From the IMG/VR virus record IMGVR_UViG_3300045988_021913, positions 1 through 43,136 of that record: a stretch of 43,136 nt of DNA; one strand, given 5' to 3'. This stretch comes from a virus. The translations under genes were made by a program, and so were the position numbers. Under the pieces are notes generated by a model. That model saw only the letters and a program-made list of their open reading frames with translations. It searched no databases and had not been told where the DNA came from. Positions 20,487 to 27,693 of the stretch are shown here, piece by piece. Every line of letters begins with the position of its first letter. Position 1 is the stretch's first letter.

Positions 20487-20909
20487 TCACGCGATTCTCT
20501 CAACCATCAAATTCGAGTTGGCGAAGTTGACGGCCTGAGTGCTTGTGTTTTCCATTGCGACCGTTAGGCAGCAGCCTTTCGGGACGCAGGCCTGTGCGGA
20601 AACATAAATGTTAAAGTAGTTTCCTACCGCCGCGGGCGTGACGGTCGCCGTTGCACTGGTCAATGGCTCTCCGTTGATGGCAAGCGCCGCCGTGATAGCC
20701 TCGACCGTGCCTCCGGTGGGAATAGCGATGTTGCCGCCATAGGAGACCCTAAACAGGGCGCGATTTTGATTGGTGATGCCGCGAAGCGTGACAACGCCTG
20801 CGCCCTGACGATGCACGATACAGGGTTTGCTATTGACCGCCGTTTCGGTCAAGGGAACGTTCTGGCCAGCAGCAACGGTCTGAATTGCCGCAGAAGTAAA
20901 TTCTGCCAT
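20487..20909 (-). CDS. Hypothetical beta-rich protein (140 aa)
   Basis: ATG 20909 about 9 nt after AAGGA. A resemblance to BclA-C-terminal/C1q-like domains is only an impression. Confidence 0.55.
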   Translation of the reverse strand: MAEFTSAAIQTVAAGQNVPLTETAVNSKPCIVHRQGAGVVTLRGITNQNRALFRVSYGGNIAIPTGGTVEAITAALAINGEPLTSATATVTPAAVGNYFNIYVSAQACVPKGCCLTVAMENTSTQAVNFANSNLMVERIA

Positions 20910-20930
20910 TAAAATCATTCCTTTCTCAGT

Positions 20931-20963
20931 TAAAATACAGCGGCAGGGCTATTGCCCCGCCGC
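20931..20963 (-). terminator. Rho-independent terminator (minus strand)
   Basis: 10-bp stem gcggcggggc/gccctgccgc (one G.U), then tgtatttt on the minus strand. Confidence 0.5.
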
Positions 20964-21031
20964 GTTGTCGTAGTATCGGCACGGGGCCGAACATTTCCCC
21001 CACATGGGGAAAAAGCTATGCTATGCAGTTG

Positions 21032-21763
21032 TCAGCAGCCGCAACCGGAACCGCAGCCACCATAGCCGCTACCCGCCCACGGGTTACATGTAATGTAAGC
21101 GGGGGAAGGGCACGGACGCAGCTGCGAAATCAGATAGTTGTTCTGCGCGGCCTGAGATGCCGCCAGTTTCAGATTCTGATTCTCGGTCTGGAGGTCAGCC
21201 AGCTTGCTCTGCGTCAGGAAGTCGAGGATGGCGCGGCTGTTCTGGTTATTCGCGTCAATGATGTCGCGTGTGGCGTTCTGCACGGTGTTGCGCGTGTCGC
21301 ACGCCTGCGCCGCCATGTCGTAGCGCACCTGGGCGATAGCTGCACGGTTTTCGCAGCAACAATTAGCGGCCTGCATCTGCATGGCGTTGAGCTGCTGCAT
21401 CAGCGCCGCCTGCTGGTTTGCGCGGGACAGCTCGGCCTGTGCAAAGCCGTTTGCCATCGCCATGTTGGTGCCGTTGACAAGCTGCGCCTGCTGGTAAAAC
21501 CCGTTGCAAAGGCCGTCGTTCACGCTGTCGATCTTGCGCTCGATGTTGGAGAAGTCGGACGCCAGTACATAGCCGTCGACCACGCCGCCGGAATTGACGC
21601 CGTTGTTCCCCCATCCGTTGCCACCCCAGCCGCAGAAAACAAACAGGAAAAGAATGATGATCCACCACGCGCCATCGCCGCCGAAGCCGCCAAAGCCGCT
21701 GTTCATCATGCCGGTTGGCGTAACAGGCATAGTGGCCTGAACTCCGCCGTCAGAAAGAGACAT
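21032..21763 (-). CDS. Membrane protein with a Gly-rich N-terminus, an N/Q-rich coiled coil and a Cys-rich tail
   Basis: AGGAG RBS. Sequence ..GFGGFGGDGAWWIIILFLFVFCGWGGNGWG..., CCC, ...GSGYGGCGSGCGC. Confidence 0.65.
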   Translation of the reverse strand: MSLSDGGVQATMPVTPTGMMNSGFGGFGGDGAWWIIILFLFVFCGWGGNGWGNNGVNSGGVVDGYVLASDFSNIERKIDSVNDGLCNGFYQQAQLVNGTNMAMANGFAQAELSRANQQAALMQQLNAMQMQAANCCCENRAAIAQVRYDMAAQACDTRNTVQNATRDIIDANNQNSRAILDFLTQSKLADLQTENQNLKLAASQAAQNNYLISQLRPCPSPAYITCNPWAGSGYGGCGSGCGC

Positions 21764-21816
21764 AGTATCACTCCTTTGAAAAATTTTTATTTATCAAATC
21801 GTGGCCACGATGTTGA

Positions 21817-22017
21817 TTACTGCATCAAGCTTTGGAACTGCTTTGCCATCTGCTGCAGCTGGTTGAGCTGCTGCTGGTTGAGCCTACCGCTCTGCAAGAG
21901 CTTTTCGACCTCCGCTTTGGGGTCGCCTTGGAAGTTTGCTTTGAACTGCTGGAACTGCTGCATCATCTGCATGAAGCCGTTCCCGCCGCCGAGCGCACCG
22001 AAAAAGGGATTATTCAT
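21817..22017 (-). CDS. Small G/Q-rich protein (66 aa)
   Basis: ATG 22017, 8 nt after AAGGAGGA. MNNPFFGALGGGNGFMQMMQQFQQFKANF... Confidence 0.55.
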   Translation of the reverse strand: MNNPFFGALGGGNGFMQMMQQFQQFKANFQGDPKAEVEKLLQSGRLNQQQLNQLQQMAKQFQSLMQ

Positions 22018-22435
22018 CGTCATCGTCCTCCTTGCGCTTCTTCTTGCCCTTCAATTCGCCCACAAGCGCCGCCAGCGCGTCAAACTCCTTACGGGTGACA
22101 AATTCCACGCCCTTTTCCTGTGGCGCTGTGCGGGGCGTTTCTGCGCGTTCTACGAGGTCATAAATCTTGAGCGTCGGCTTGCCGCTTGCGTCGGACTGTT
22201 TGAGGTACACCGTCGGCGCGCTGGAATCCCACAGCGCAACGGCAGAGTTGGGCGCGATGAGATAACCTCTCGCCTCCTGCTCGCCGTTGACCCACTGCAC
22301 GCCGCCCTGTGCGATGGGGTTCTGTTGCACTGGCTGCTGCATGGGCTGCATCTGTGGCTGCTGCATCTGCCGCATCTGCATGAGGTTATCCGGCATTGGC
22401 TGCGGATAATAGGGATTGAAATAGGGATATGCCAT
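22010..22435 (-). CDS. Protein with a P/Q/M-rich N-terminus and a globular C-terminal domain (141 aa)
   Basis: ATG 22435, 7 nt after GGAGGA. MAYPYFNPYYPQPMPDNLMQMRQMQQPQMQPMQQP..VQWVNGEQEARGY... Confidence 0.6.
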   Translation of the reverse strand: MAYPYFNPYYPQPMPDNLMQMRQMQQPQMQPMQQPVQQNPIAQGGVQWVNGEQEARGYLIAPNSAVALWDSSAPTVYLKQSDASGKPTLKIYDLVERAETPRTAPQEKGVEFVTRKEFDALAALVGELKGKKKRKEDDDDE

Positions 22436-22437
22436 GT

Positions 22438-22821
22438 TCATTCCTCCGTTTCTTTTACCCAGTAATAAAGCGGGATTTCATTCTCGCTGTTCCAACTGTC
22501 ATGGATTGTCCCGTCCTGAACGCACACCACATGCCCAGAGAGGGCGAGAATATACGTCCCGCGCGGGTGCTCGTCGGCAAACCTACCGACCGTGTAGCAG
22601 TCCGGGCAAGTGTCCGGTATGATATATCTCCGGTAGCCTAAAGACCGCAGATACGCGCCCCAACAGGCGTTTGCATTGGGCAAGTCGCCGTCTAAGTACC
22701 CCCGTATGCACAGCGACAAATAAACCTCTCCCCAGTCCTTCCCGGTCGCCTTACAGATCGCGCGCACGGTGCAGTCCGACGCGTTTCGCCCATTTGGATT
22801 TGGGTTGAAATAGCTATACAT
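22438..22821 (-). CDS. Hypothetical protein with a possible papain-like Cys/His pair (127 aa)
   Basis: ..NASDCTVRAICKATG.. and ..LSGHVVCVQDG... The assignment is tentative. Confidence 0.55.
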   Translation of the reverse strand: MYSYFNPNPNGRNASDCTVRAICKATGKDWGEVYLSLCIRGYLDGDLPNANACWGAYLRSLGYRRYIIPDTCPDCYTVGRFADEHPRGTYILALSGHVVCVQDGTIHDSWNSENEIPLYYWVKETEE

Positions 22822-22936
22822 GGAAAAGCTCCGCGAAATAGACGTAAGTGCGCAGCTCGTCGGGATTGGGGAACAACGTCAAAATATCCATCGCCATCTG
22901 CTCGGTAAATCCCAAAGCTAAAAGCCGTTCGTACAT
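22814..22936 (-). CDS. Hypothetical small protein (40 aa)
   Basis: Below the track cut-off. AAGGAGGTG lies 6 nt before ATG 22936. Overlaps the next ATG. Confidence 0.4.
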   Translation of the reverse strand: MYERLLALGFTEQMAMDILTLFPNPDELRTYVYFAELFHV

Positions 22937-22968
22937 TTCGCGCACCTCCTTTATTATCTATATGGTAT

Positions 22969-22996
22969 CAAAAAACGGGCGCTCAAAAGCGCCCGT
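22969..22996 (-). terminator. Hairpin plus T-tract on the minus strand, inside the leader of the accessory-island operon
   Basis: acgggcgc-tcaaaa-gcgcccgt, with tttttt following on the minus strand. Confidence 0.55.
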
Positions 22997-23048
22997 AAAA
23001 TGCCCGTATTCTGCCGCAAAAATATTTTCAAAAACTTCGATTTTGCGC

Positions 23049-23077
23049 TTGACATATTATACCATATATGATATATT
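23049..23077 (+). promoter_or_regulatory. Promoter TTGACA, 17 nt, TATATT for the acidic-protein/HTH cassette
   Basis: Read directly. Overlaps a divergent minus-strand promoter. Confidence 0.6.
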
Positions 23078-23085
23078 TATATCAA
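23056..23085 (-). promoter_or_regulatory. Promoter TTGATA, 18 nt, TATAAT (minus strand) for the accessory island
   Basis: Reverse complement of 23080-23085 and of 23056-23061. Confidence 0.5.
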
Positions 23086-23116
23086 CAAGAGGGGCGCAGC
23101 CCAGGAGGTAAATGAA

Positions 23117-23428
23117 ATGAACGATATCCAGATGATTATGGCCATGGCAAACGGCGAGATCCCAACCGGTTCTGAAACGATTGCAGAAAAGACGTTCACG
23201 ACGAACGACGGAGAGTATTCCGCCACCGCATCCATCAGCGTCCTGCACGAAGTTTTTGAAGACGGGCACCTGGGTGAGATCGTAAACGGCGGTTGCGATG
23301 TCACCACCAGCGGCGGTGTTGTGTACGCCGCGCAGACTTACTACGAAGCCATTAAGATGGCAGAGGAACTTGTGACTCATTGGAACGACGGTGACTACAA
23401 CTGGGAGCCTAAAAAGGCTCAGTGGTAA
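23117..23428 (+). CDS. Small, strongly acidic protein (103 aa; 17 D/E versus 4 K, no R). Anti-defence candidate.
   Basis: AGGAGG RBS, own promoter, opposite strand to its neighbours. Confidence 0.65.
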   Translation: MNDIQMIMAMANGEIPTGSETIAEKTFTTNDGEYSATASISVLHEVFEDGHLGEIVNGGCDVTTSGGVVYAAQTYYEAIKMAEELVTHWNDGDYNWEPKKAQW

Positions 23429-23441
23429 AGGAGGATTCGGC

Positions 23442-23891
23442 ATGACGATCAAGGAATATCGCGAAGAGCTTGGCATGACGCAGGCGCAGCTCGCCGCTGC
23501 GCTGGGCGTCGCTCAGAACCACATTTCCCGCTGGGAGCGCGGCACCGTGAGTCCGAGCGCGGACACCTTGCGAAAGATGGCGGAGATCTTCTCCTGCCGC
23601 ATGGACGATATCACGCCCGCGGTCAAAAAACTCAAGGCAAAGGATATTTTCACCCGCGAGGCCTACGAGGGGGCGACCGCCGAGCAGCGCCGCAGAGAGT
23701 TTAAGGTCCAGCAGGCGTGCGAATACAGCGGATGGCGTAGGTACCCCACAATCATGCACTTGCTGGTGGAACGCATCCCGGCGGAGTGGTGGGATATGTA
23801 CAGTGCACAGCAGATCGGCGAAACAATGGCGCTGCTCAAAGCCACCTATGATGACGGAGTAGCTTTTGGGCGCGCGCACCCAGAAATGTAA
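23442..23891 (+). CDS. XRE-type HTH protein with an extra C-terminal domain (Aca-like position)
   Basis: AAAGGAGG lies 6 nt before ATG 23442. MTIKEYREELGMTQAQLAAALGVAQNHISRWERGTVSPS... Confidence 0.75.
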   Translation: MTIKEYREELGMTQAQLAAALGVAQNHISRWERGTVSPSADTLRKMAEIFSCRMDDITPAVKKLKAKDIFTREAYEGATAEQRRREFKVQQACEYSGWRRYPTIMHLLVERIPAEWWDMYSAQQIGETMALLKATYDDGVAFGRAHPEM

Positions 23892-24014
23892 GGTTGACAT
23901 TTGCGATCCGGCGTGGTACATTGATGATGTCGAGTATGAGAGGCGCTCATTCTCGGAGCGGCGCGATCCCGCCGCCGTGGATTGAAATATAATTTAGAAC
24001 AAGTACAAAGTGGG

Positions 24015-24045
24015 AAAAGCACCGACTAACCGTCGGTGCTTTTTT
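24015..24045. terminator. Bidirectional rho-independent terminator
   Basis: gaaaa-gcaccgac-taacc-gtcggtgc-tttttt. Overlaps the stop of the 24026-24274 gene. Confidence 0.75.
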
Positions 24046-24274
24046 CTTGCCCATTTGCAATTTTTGTATACGCTCTTCGCTTGATTTTTGCCAATCCGTC
24101 AACGCTGACGTGCAACATGTCCGCGACCTGTACGCAGCTTTTCCGCCGCACGTCGCACTCGATGAGGCATGCCATCTCATCGGGAGGCAAGTCATAGGCT
24201 TGGATGTAAGCTATAGCCCTGCGCGGGGCCATAGAGGATAGTTGCGCGCGGATTGCTCGGTGCTGCTTGTCCAT
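24026..24274 (-). CDS. Small sigma-70 region-4-like HTH regulator. The start is uncertain (24274 or GTG 24304).
   Basis: ..YDLPPDEMACLIECDVRRKSCVQVADMLHVSVDGLAKIKRRAYTKI... Confidence 0.55.
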   Translation of the reverse strand: MDKQHRAIRAQLSSMAPRRAIAYIQAYDLPPDEMACLIECDVRRKSCVQVADMLHVSVDGLAKIKRRAYTKIANGQEKSTDG

Positions 24275-24365
24275 GCTGTGCGCTGGGGCTTGCAGAGCGC
24301 TCACGCGAGGGGAGACGTTGCAGGCCTCCCGCCCGTTTTCCTTTCCGTGCCCGATTCGGGCACCG

Positions 24366-24974
24366 TTATTTTGTCGCTCTCTGGATCATCGTCACGACTT
24401 CTTGCCGCGTGATAAATCTCTGCGGCGCGCTGCCGTCCGTGATGCCCACAGCTTTTGCCGCCGCCCAGTCTTTCGCCGCCCACGAAGAGACGGGCTTGGT
24501 GCCGATCTGTGCCAAATAGCTGTCCATCATCTTGTTAAACGTTGCCTGATCCATGTACTCCTCCATTTCCGGCGGGTACTTCCCCGCCAAAATCATGCGC
24601 CCTGTGTATCGCATATGGTCGTCCCACTGGAAATGCGGTCGGTCGGGGAATTTCTTCCAGTCGCCGCCCCACGAAAAGCCGACATGCTTGCCGATCTGCC
24701 CGCAGCGAGCGAAGAACGACGGATCGTCGTACTCATGCCCCTTGACGTTTTTGCAGATGTCGAACGCCAGCCCAGCTTTGACGCCGTGGAACGTCGGGCG
24801 CGTCGCGGTCTTTGCCGCGTAGCCGTTCGCGGCAAGATAACGCTGGTACTCGGCATCCCTGACCGTCTCCGTCACGAGTACGGGAAGCCCCGCCTCCTTG
24901 CAGAGGTCGAGGAAGATAACGCAGTTTGCGCGCACGTCCGCCCGCAGGTCGGCGATGTCCCTACTGTGATACAT
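24366..24974 (-). CDS. Endolysin: M15-family (VanY-like) peptidase with a C-terminal SLH-like wall-binding segment
   Basis: ..VTETVRDAEYQRYL.., ..GLAFDI.., ..DRPHFQWDD... The C-terminus reads ..SSWAAKDWAAAKAVGITDGSAPQRFITRQEVVTMI. Confidence 0.8.
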   Translation of the reverse strand: MYHSRDIADLRADVRANCVIFLDLCKEAGLPVLVTETVRDAEYQRYLAANGYAAKTATRPTFHGVKAGLAFDICKNVKGHEYDDPSFFARCGQIGKHVGFSWGGDWKKFPDRPHFQWDDHMRYTGRMILAGKYPPEMEEYMDQATFNKMMDSYLAQIGTKPVSSWAAKDWAAAKAVGITDGSAPQRFITRQEVVTMIQRATK

Positions 24975-25185
24975 CGCCGTGCTCCTTTTTGTAGTTGGCG
25001 CTGGATACGCCGATGAGCGCGCCGATAAACAGTGCCACGGCGCTGATGGTGGTTGTGACCTGCTCTACATACCCCCAGCCCCAAACACCCGCCAGCGCGG
25101 CGTAGAGGCCGGAGCAGGCGGGCAGTACGATGAGCACGAGCCACTTGAGCACATCGTACACCTTGTTACTCATTTCAAACTTCAT
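24961..25185 (-). CDS. Holin
   Basis: AAGGAG lies 8 nt before ATG 25185. Sequence ..VLKWLVLIVLPACSGLYAALAGVWGWGYVEQVTTTISAVALFIGALIGVS... Confidence 0.75.
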   Translation of the reverse strand: MKFEMSNKVYDVLKWLVLIVLPACSGLYAALAGVWGWGYVEQVTTTISAVALFIGALIGVSSANYKKEHGDVSQ

Positions 25186-25423
25186 TGTTCTTCTCCTTTC
25201 GTTTTCGTCCAACGATAATTTCCACCAGTGTCAGAAGCCCGGTAAAGGCTTCAATGATGCCGCCCGTACCCAGCAGGTACGGGAAGATGTTGTCCCACTG
25301 CCACCCCTTGATGCTGTAAAAGATGACCGTGTAGATCACAAAAGCGGCGATGAAAATGCCAACGATAATCAAAATGATGTTCCTCGTTCGCAATTTCGAT
25401 GCCTTTTTGATAAGGCGCTTCAT
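25175..25423 (-). CDS. Small membrane protein (holin-like or holin accessory)
   Basis: ATGA overlap with xhlA. MKRLIKKASKLRTRNIILIIVGIFIAAFVIYTVIFY..LLGTGGIIEAFTGLLTLVEII. Confidence 0.65.
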   Translation of the reverse strand: MKRLIKKASKLRTRNIILIIVGIFIAAFVIYTVIFYSIKGWQWDNIFPYLLGTGGIIEAFTGLLTLVEIIVGRKRKEKNNEV

Positions 25424-25722
25424 CCGACCGCCCCACTCAGCAGCCACGCGATAAACGCGCCCGCCAGCGCCGCGAGAGCCTTGTCGACCAAACTGTCCCA
25501 GCGTTTCCCGGGCTTTCCTGTGATGGCCTTTACGTCCTCTTTGATCTCCTTGACATCGCCCTCGACGGTCTCCTGCTTGGTCGCCAGCACTTCCACTGAC
25601 GTTGCCAGCCTGTCAAGCGCCGTTTGGTGCTCCTGCAGCTCGTTGATTCGATGCGTATTGCTCTTGCATCGGCTTTCGATCAGCGCGATCGACGCGTCAT
25701 CGTAGTGCTTTGCATTATCCAT
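25420..25722 (-). CDS. xhlA: XhlA-like haemolysin/lysis protein
   Basis: Coiled coil plus a C-terminal TM helix ALAALAGAFIAWLLSGAV. First gene of the lysis cassette. Confidence 0.6.
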   Translation of the reverse strand: MDNAKHYDDASIALIESRCKSNTHRINELQEHQTALDRLATSVEVLATKQETVEGDVKEIKEDVKAITGKPGKRWDSLVDKALAALAGAFIAWLLSGAVG

Positions 25723-25746
25723 ATTACGCTCCCTTTCTGCGGCGTA

Positions 25747-26553
25747 TTACGCCGCCTTGAAATAGTTGCCGATGAGCTCGTGCGGCAGATATTGCAGCGT
25801 GATCTTGCCGCCTGCCTGCTCGCCGGTACGCTCGCAGAGGTACACCTTTCCGTCCTCACCGTCGAGGTAGTATTTGCCGTACTCGTACTCCATGCCGCGC
25901 GCTGCGGGGATGGGGTCATCCTGCGTGCCCGCGTGCTCGGCGTCGATGACCGCCCAGAGATTCGGCGTCTTGTCCGGCGTCCAGTCGGCCTGCGAGGTAT
26001 GACCCTGGCCGGGGCGTACCTTGTACACTTTTCCGCCGTAGCTCCTGCGGTCGCCCTCCGCGTAAGCGACAGGGTACGCCCATGCCGTGATGAGTTCCGG
26101 CACGCTTGCCGCCTCGCCGTCGCTCAGGCTGACCGTCGCCTGCTCGATAATGGGGCGCAGCTCCACCGCGCGGGCATACGTGACCGGCTCACCGGCAAGG
26201 GCGGTGACGGTCGCTTTGGCGCTCTCGGTCTCCGTGGGCTTGCCCATCTTGATAGATACCGTGCCGTCGCGGTGGTCGGTGATGGCCCCGCTCAGGCTGT
26301 ACGCGCTGTTGTCCCACTCGTTGACGACCTCTTTGGTCTCGCCCGTGGGCTGTCCGTCCTCGTCGTATTTGGGAACGGTGTCGCGCTGGACGATGCTCCA
26401 CGGCGTGTTGTCGGGCAGCAGCACCGCCGCGTCCGTGGCGGTCATTGTCAGGCGGATGTTCTTGACCTCGCGCTCGTTCCATTCGCGGTCTTTCAGGATG
26501 CCCGTGATGGTCGCGGGGTACTCGGTGTTGTTGACTTTTACGTAGATGCTCAT
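25747..26553 (-). CDS. Tail-associated protein with a CBM5/12-like carbohydrate-binding segment
   Basis: ..GGKVYKVRPGQGHTSQADWTPDKTPNLWAVI... Confidence 0.6.
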   Translation of the reverse strand: MSIYVKVNNTEYPATITGILKDREWNEREVKNIRLTMTATDAAVLLPDNTPWSIVQRDTVPKYDEDGQPTGETKEVVNEWDNSAYSLSGAITDHRDGTVSIKMGKPTETESAKATVTALAGEPVTYARAVELRPIIEQATVSLSDGEAASVPELITAWAYPVAYAEGDRRSYGGKVYKVRPGQGHTSQADWTPDKTPNLWAVIDAEHAGTQDDPIPAARGMEYEYGKYYLDGEDGKVYLCERTGEQAGGKITLQYLPHELIGNYFKAA

Positions 26554-26565
26554 ATGTGCTCCTTT

Positions 26566-27681
26566 CTATTGCTGCACGGCGTTCGCTTGCAGCCATGTTA
26601 AGAGGTCTCCCGTAGGCGGTTCACTGAATGTGATGGTGCGCTTTGCGCTATCTCTCCAGCGGCTCTGTCCGTTGGTTTGGGCATACACCCACAGCGGGTC
26701 GGTTTCTGATGCCGTCGAGAAATACTGCAATGTATAGAAGCCGAGGTTACCGTTGAAGCCATATTTAATGCGGACGTAAGACGTCCCATCTGAAGACTGA
26801 AAATTTGCGCTTTTGTCTACGCTCCCACTCAGCACTTCATTTAACACCCACGTCTTTCCGATTGCCTCCTCAAACGTGATGTCATACCCCGTGCCGTTAA
26901 TCAGCGTCCTGCCCTTCTTGATGCTGTACACAGTGCCGTTGACCATGCACTTGCCGCCCTGCACGGTGTAGGCCGTGCCGTTGATGAGGGTTTTGTGTGT
27001 AGCGGGAGGGGGTGGCGTGACATTGCCGGAGCTGTCAACTTCCATGTCGGGCGGAAGAATGAGCGCGGGGCGGATGCCAGCTGAGTTGGATGCTTTGTTG
27101 GTCTCGCAGACGCCGTCGTAGTTGACGAGCCACACCAAGCTGGTGTTGTAGGTGACCGGGGAGCGGAGCCACCAGTAGTCGGCCGAGCCGTTCCAGTACG
27201 CAATGCGCTTGTTCAGCGCAGACGAACCGGTTCCGGCCTCGAAGTAGGACAGCTTCGCACCGTCTACCGGGAGGTAAGAGTTATCGCTGGTCGTGAAGCC
27301 AATCTCGTAGCCGGACAGCAGGAAAATCTTGCAGAGCAGGCCGTTAGCACCACTCTGATCCGAGCCACTGGAACCGCCGTTCTTGCGATACGGAATCTTC
27401 ACCTGCTTGATTGCGTCCCTGATGTTGCTCTCAAATGCGTTCAAGAGCGTGCTGTTCAGTATGCTGTGGATGGTGCTGTTCTCCAGATTGTTCACATCCG
27501 AGCTGTGCCATCGGGTGGCCTCGAAGATGTCCTTCATCAGCAACCAAGTGCCGTCGCAGGATTCGTCGTACAGAGAACTCGGTTTGCCCTGATGGACGAC
27601 GATAAACTCTTTCGCTGCACCGTTGACGTTCAGTTTGACGATACTGCCGACGGCTTTGGTGCCGAGTTTTGCATTTGCCAT
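26566..27681 (-). CDS. DUF6273-like tail/receptor-binding protein
   Basis: ..KIFLLSGYEIGF.., ..YWWLRSP.., ..AGIRPALILP... Confidence 0.65.
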   Translation of the reverse strand: MANAKLGTKAVGSIVKLNVNGAAKEFIVVHQGKPSSLYDESCDGTWLLMKDIFEATRWHSSDVNNLENSTIHSILNSTLLNAFESNIRDAIKQVKIPYRKNGGSSGSDQSGANGLLCKIFLLSGYEIGFTTSDNSYLPVDGAKLSYFEAGTGSSALNKRIAYWNGSADYWWLRSPVTYNTSLVWLVNYDGVCETNKASNSAGIRPALILPPDMEVDSSGNVTPPPPATHKTLINGTAYTVQGGKCMVNGTVYSIKKGRTLINGTGYDITFEEAIGKTWVLNEVLSGSVDKSANFQSSDGTSYVRIKYGFNGNLGFYTLQYFSTASETDPLWVYAQTNGQSRWRDSAKRTITFSEPPTGDLLTWLQANAVQQ

Positions 27682-27693
27682 CTCAGCGCCTCC

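Noticed and set aside
21023-22465. 480-aa plus-strand ORF.
   Set aside because: It is antisense to three well-supported minus-strand genes, and its translation is low-complexity.
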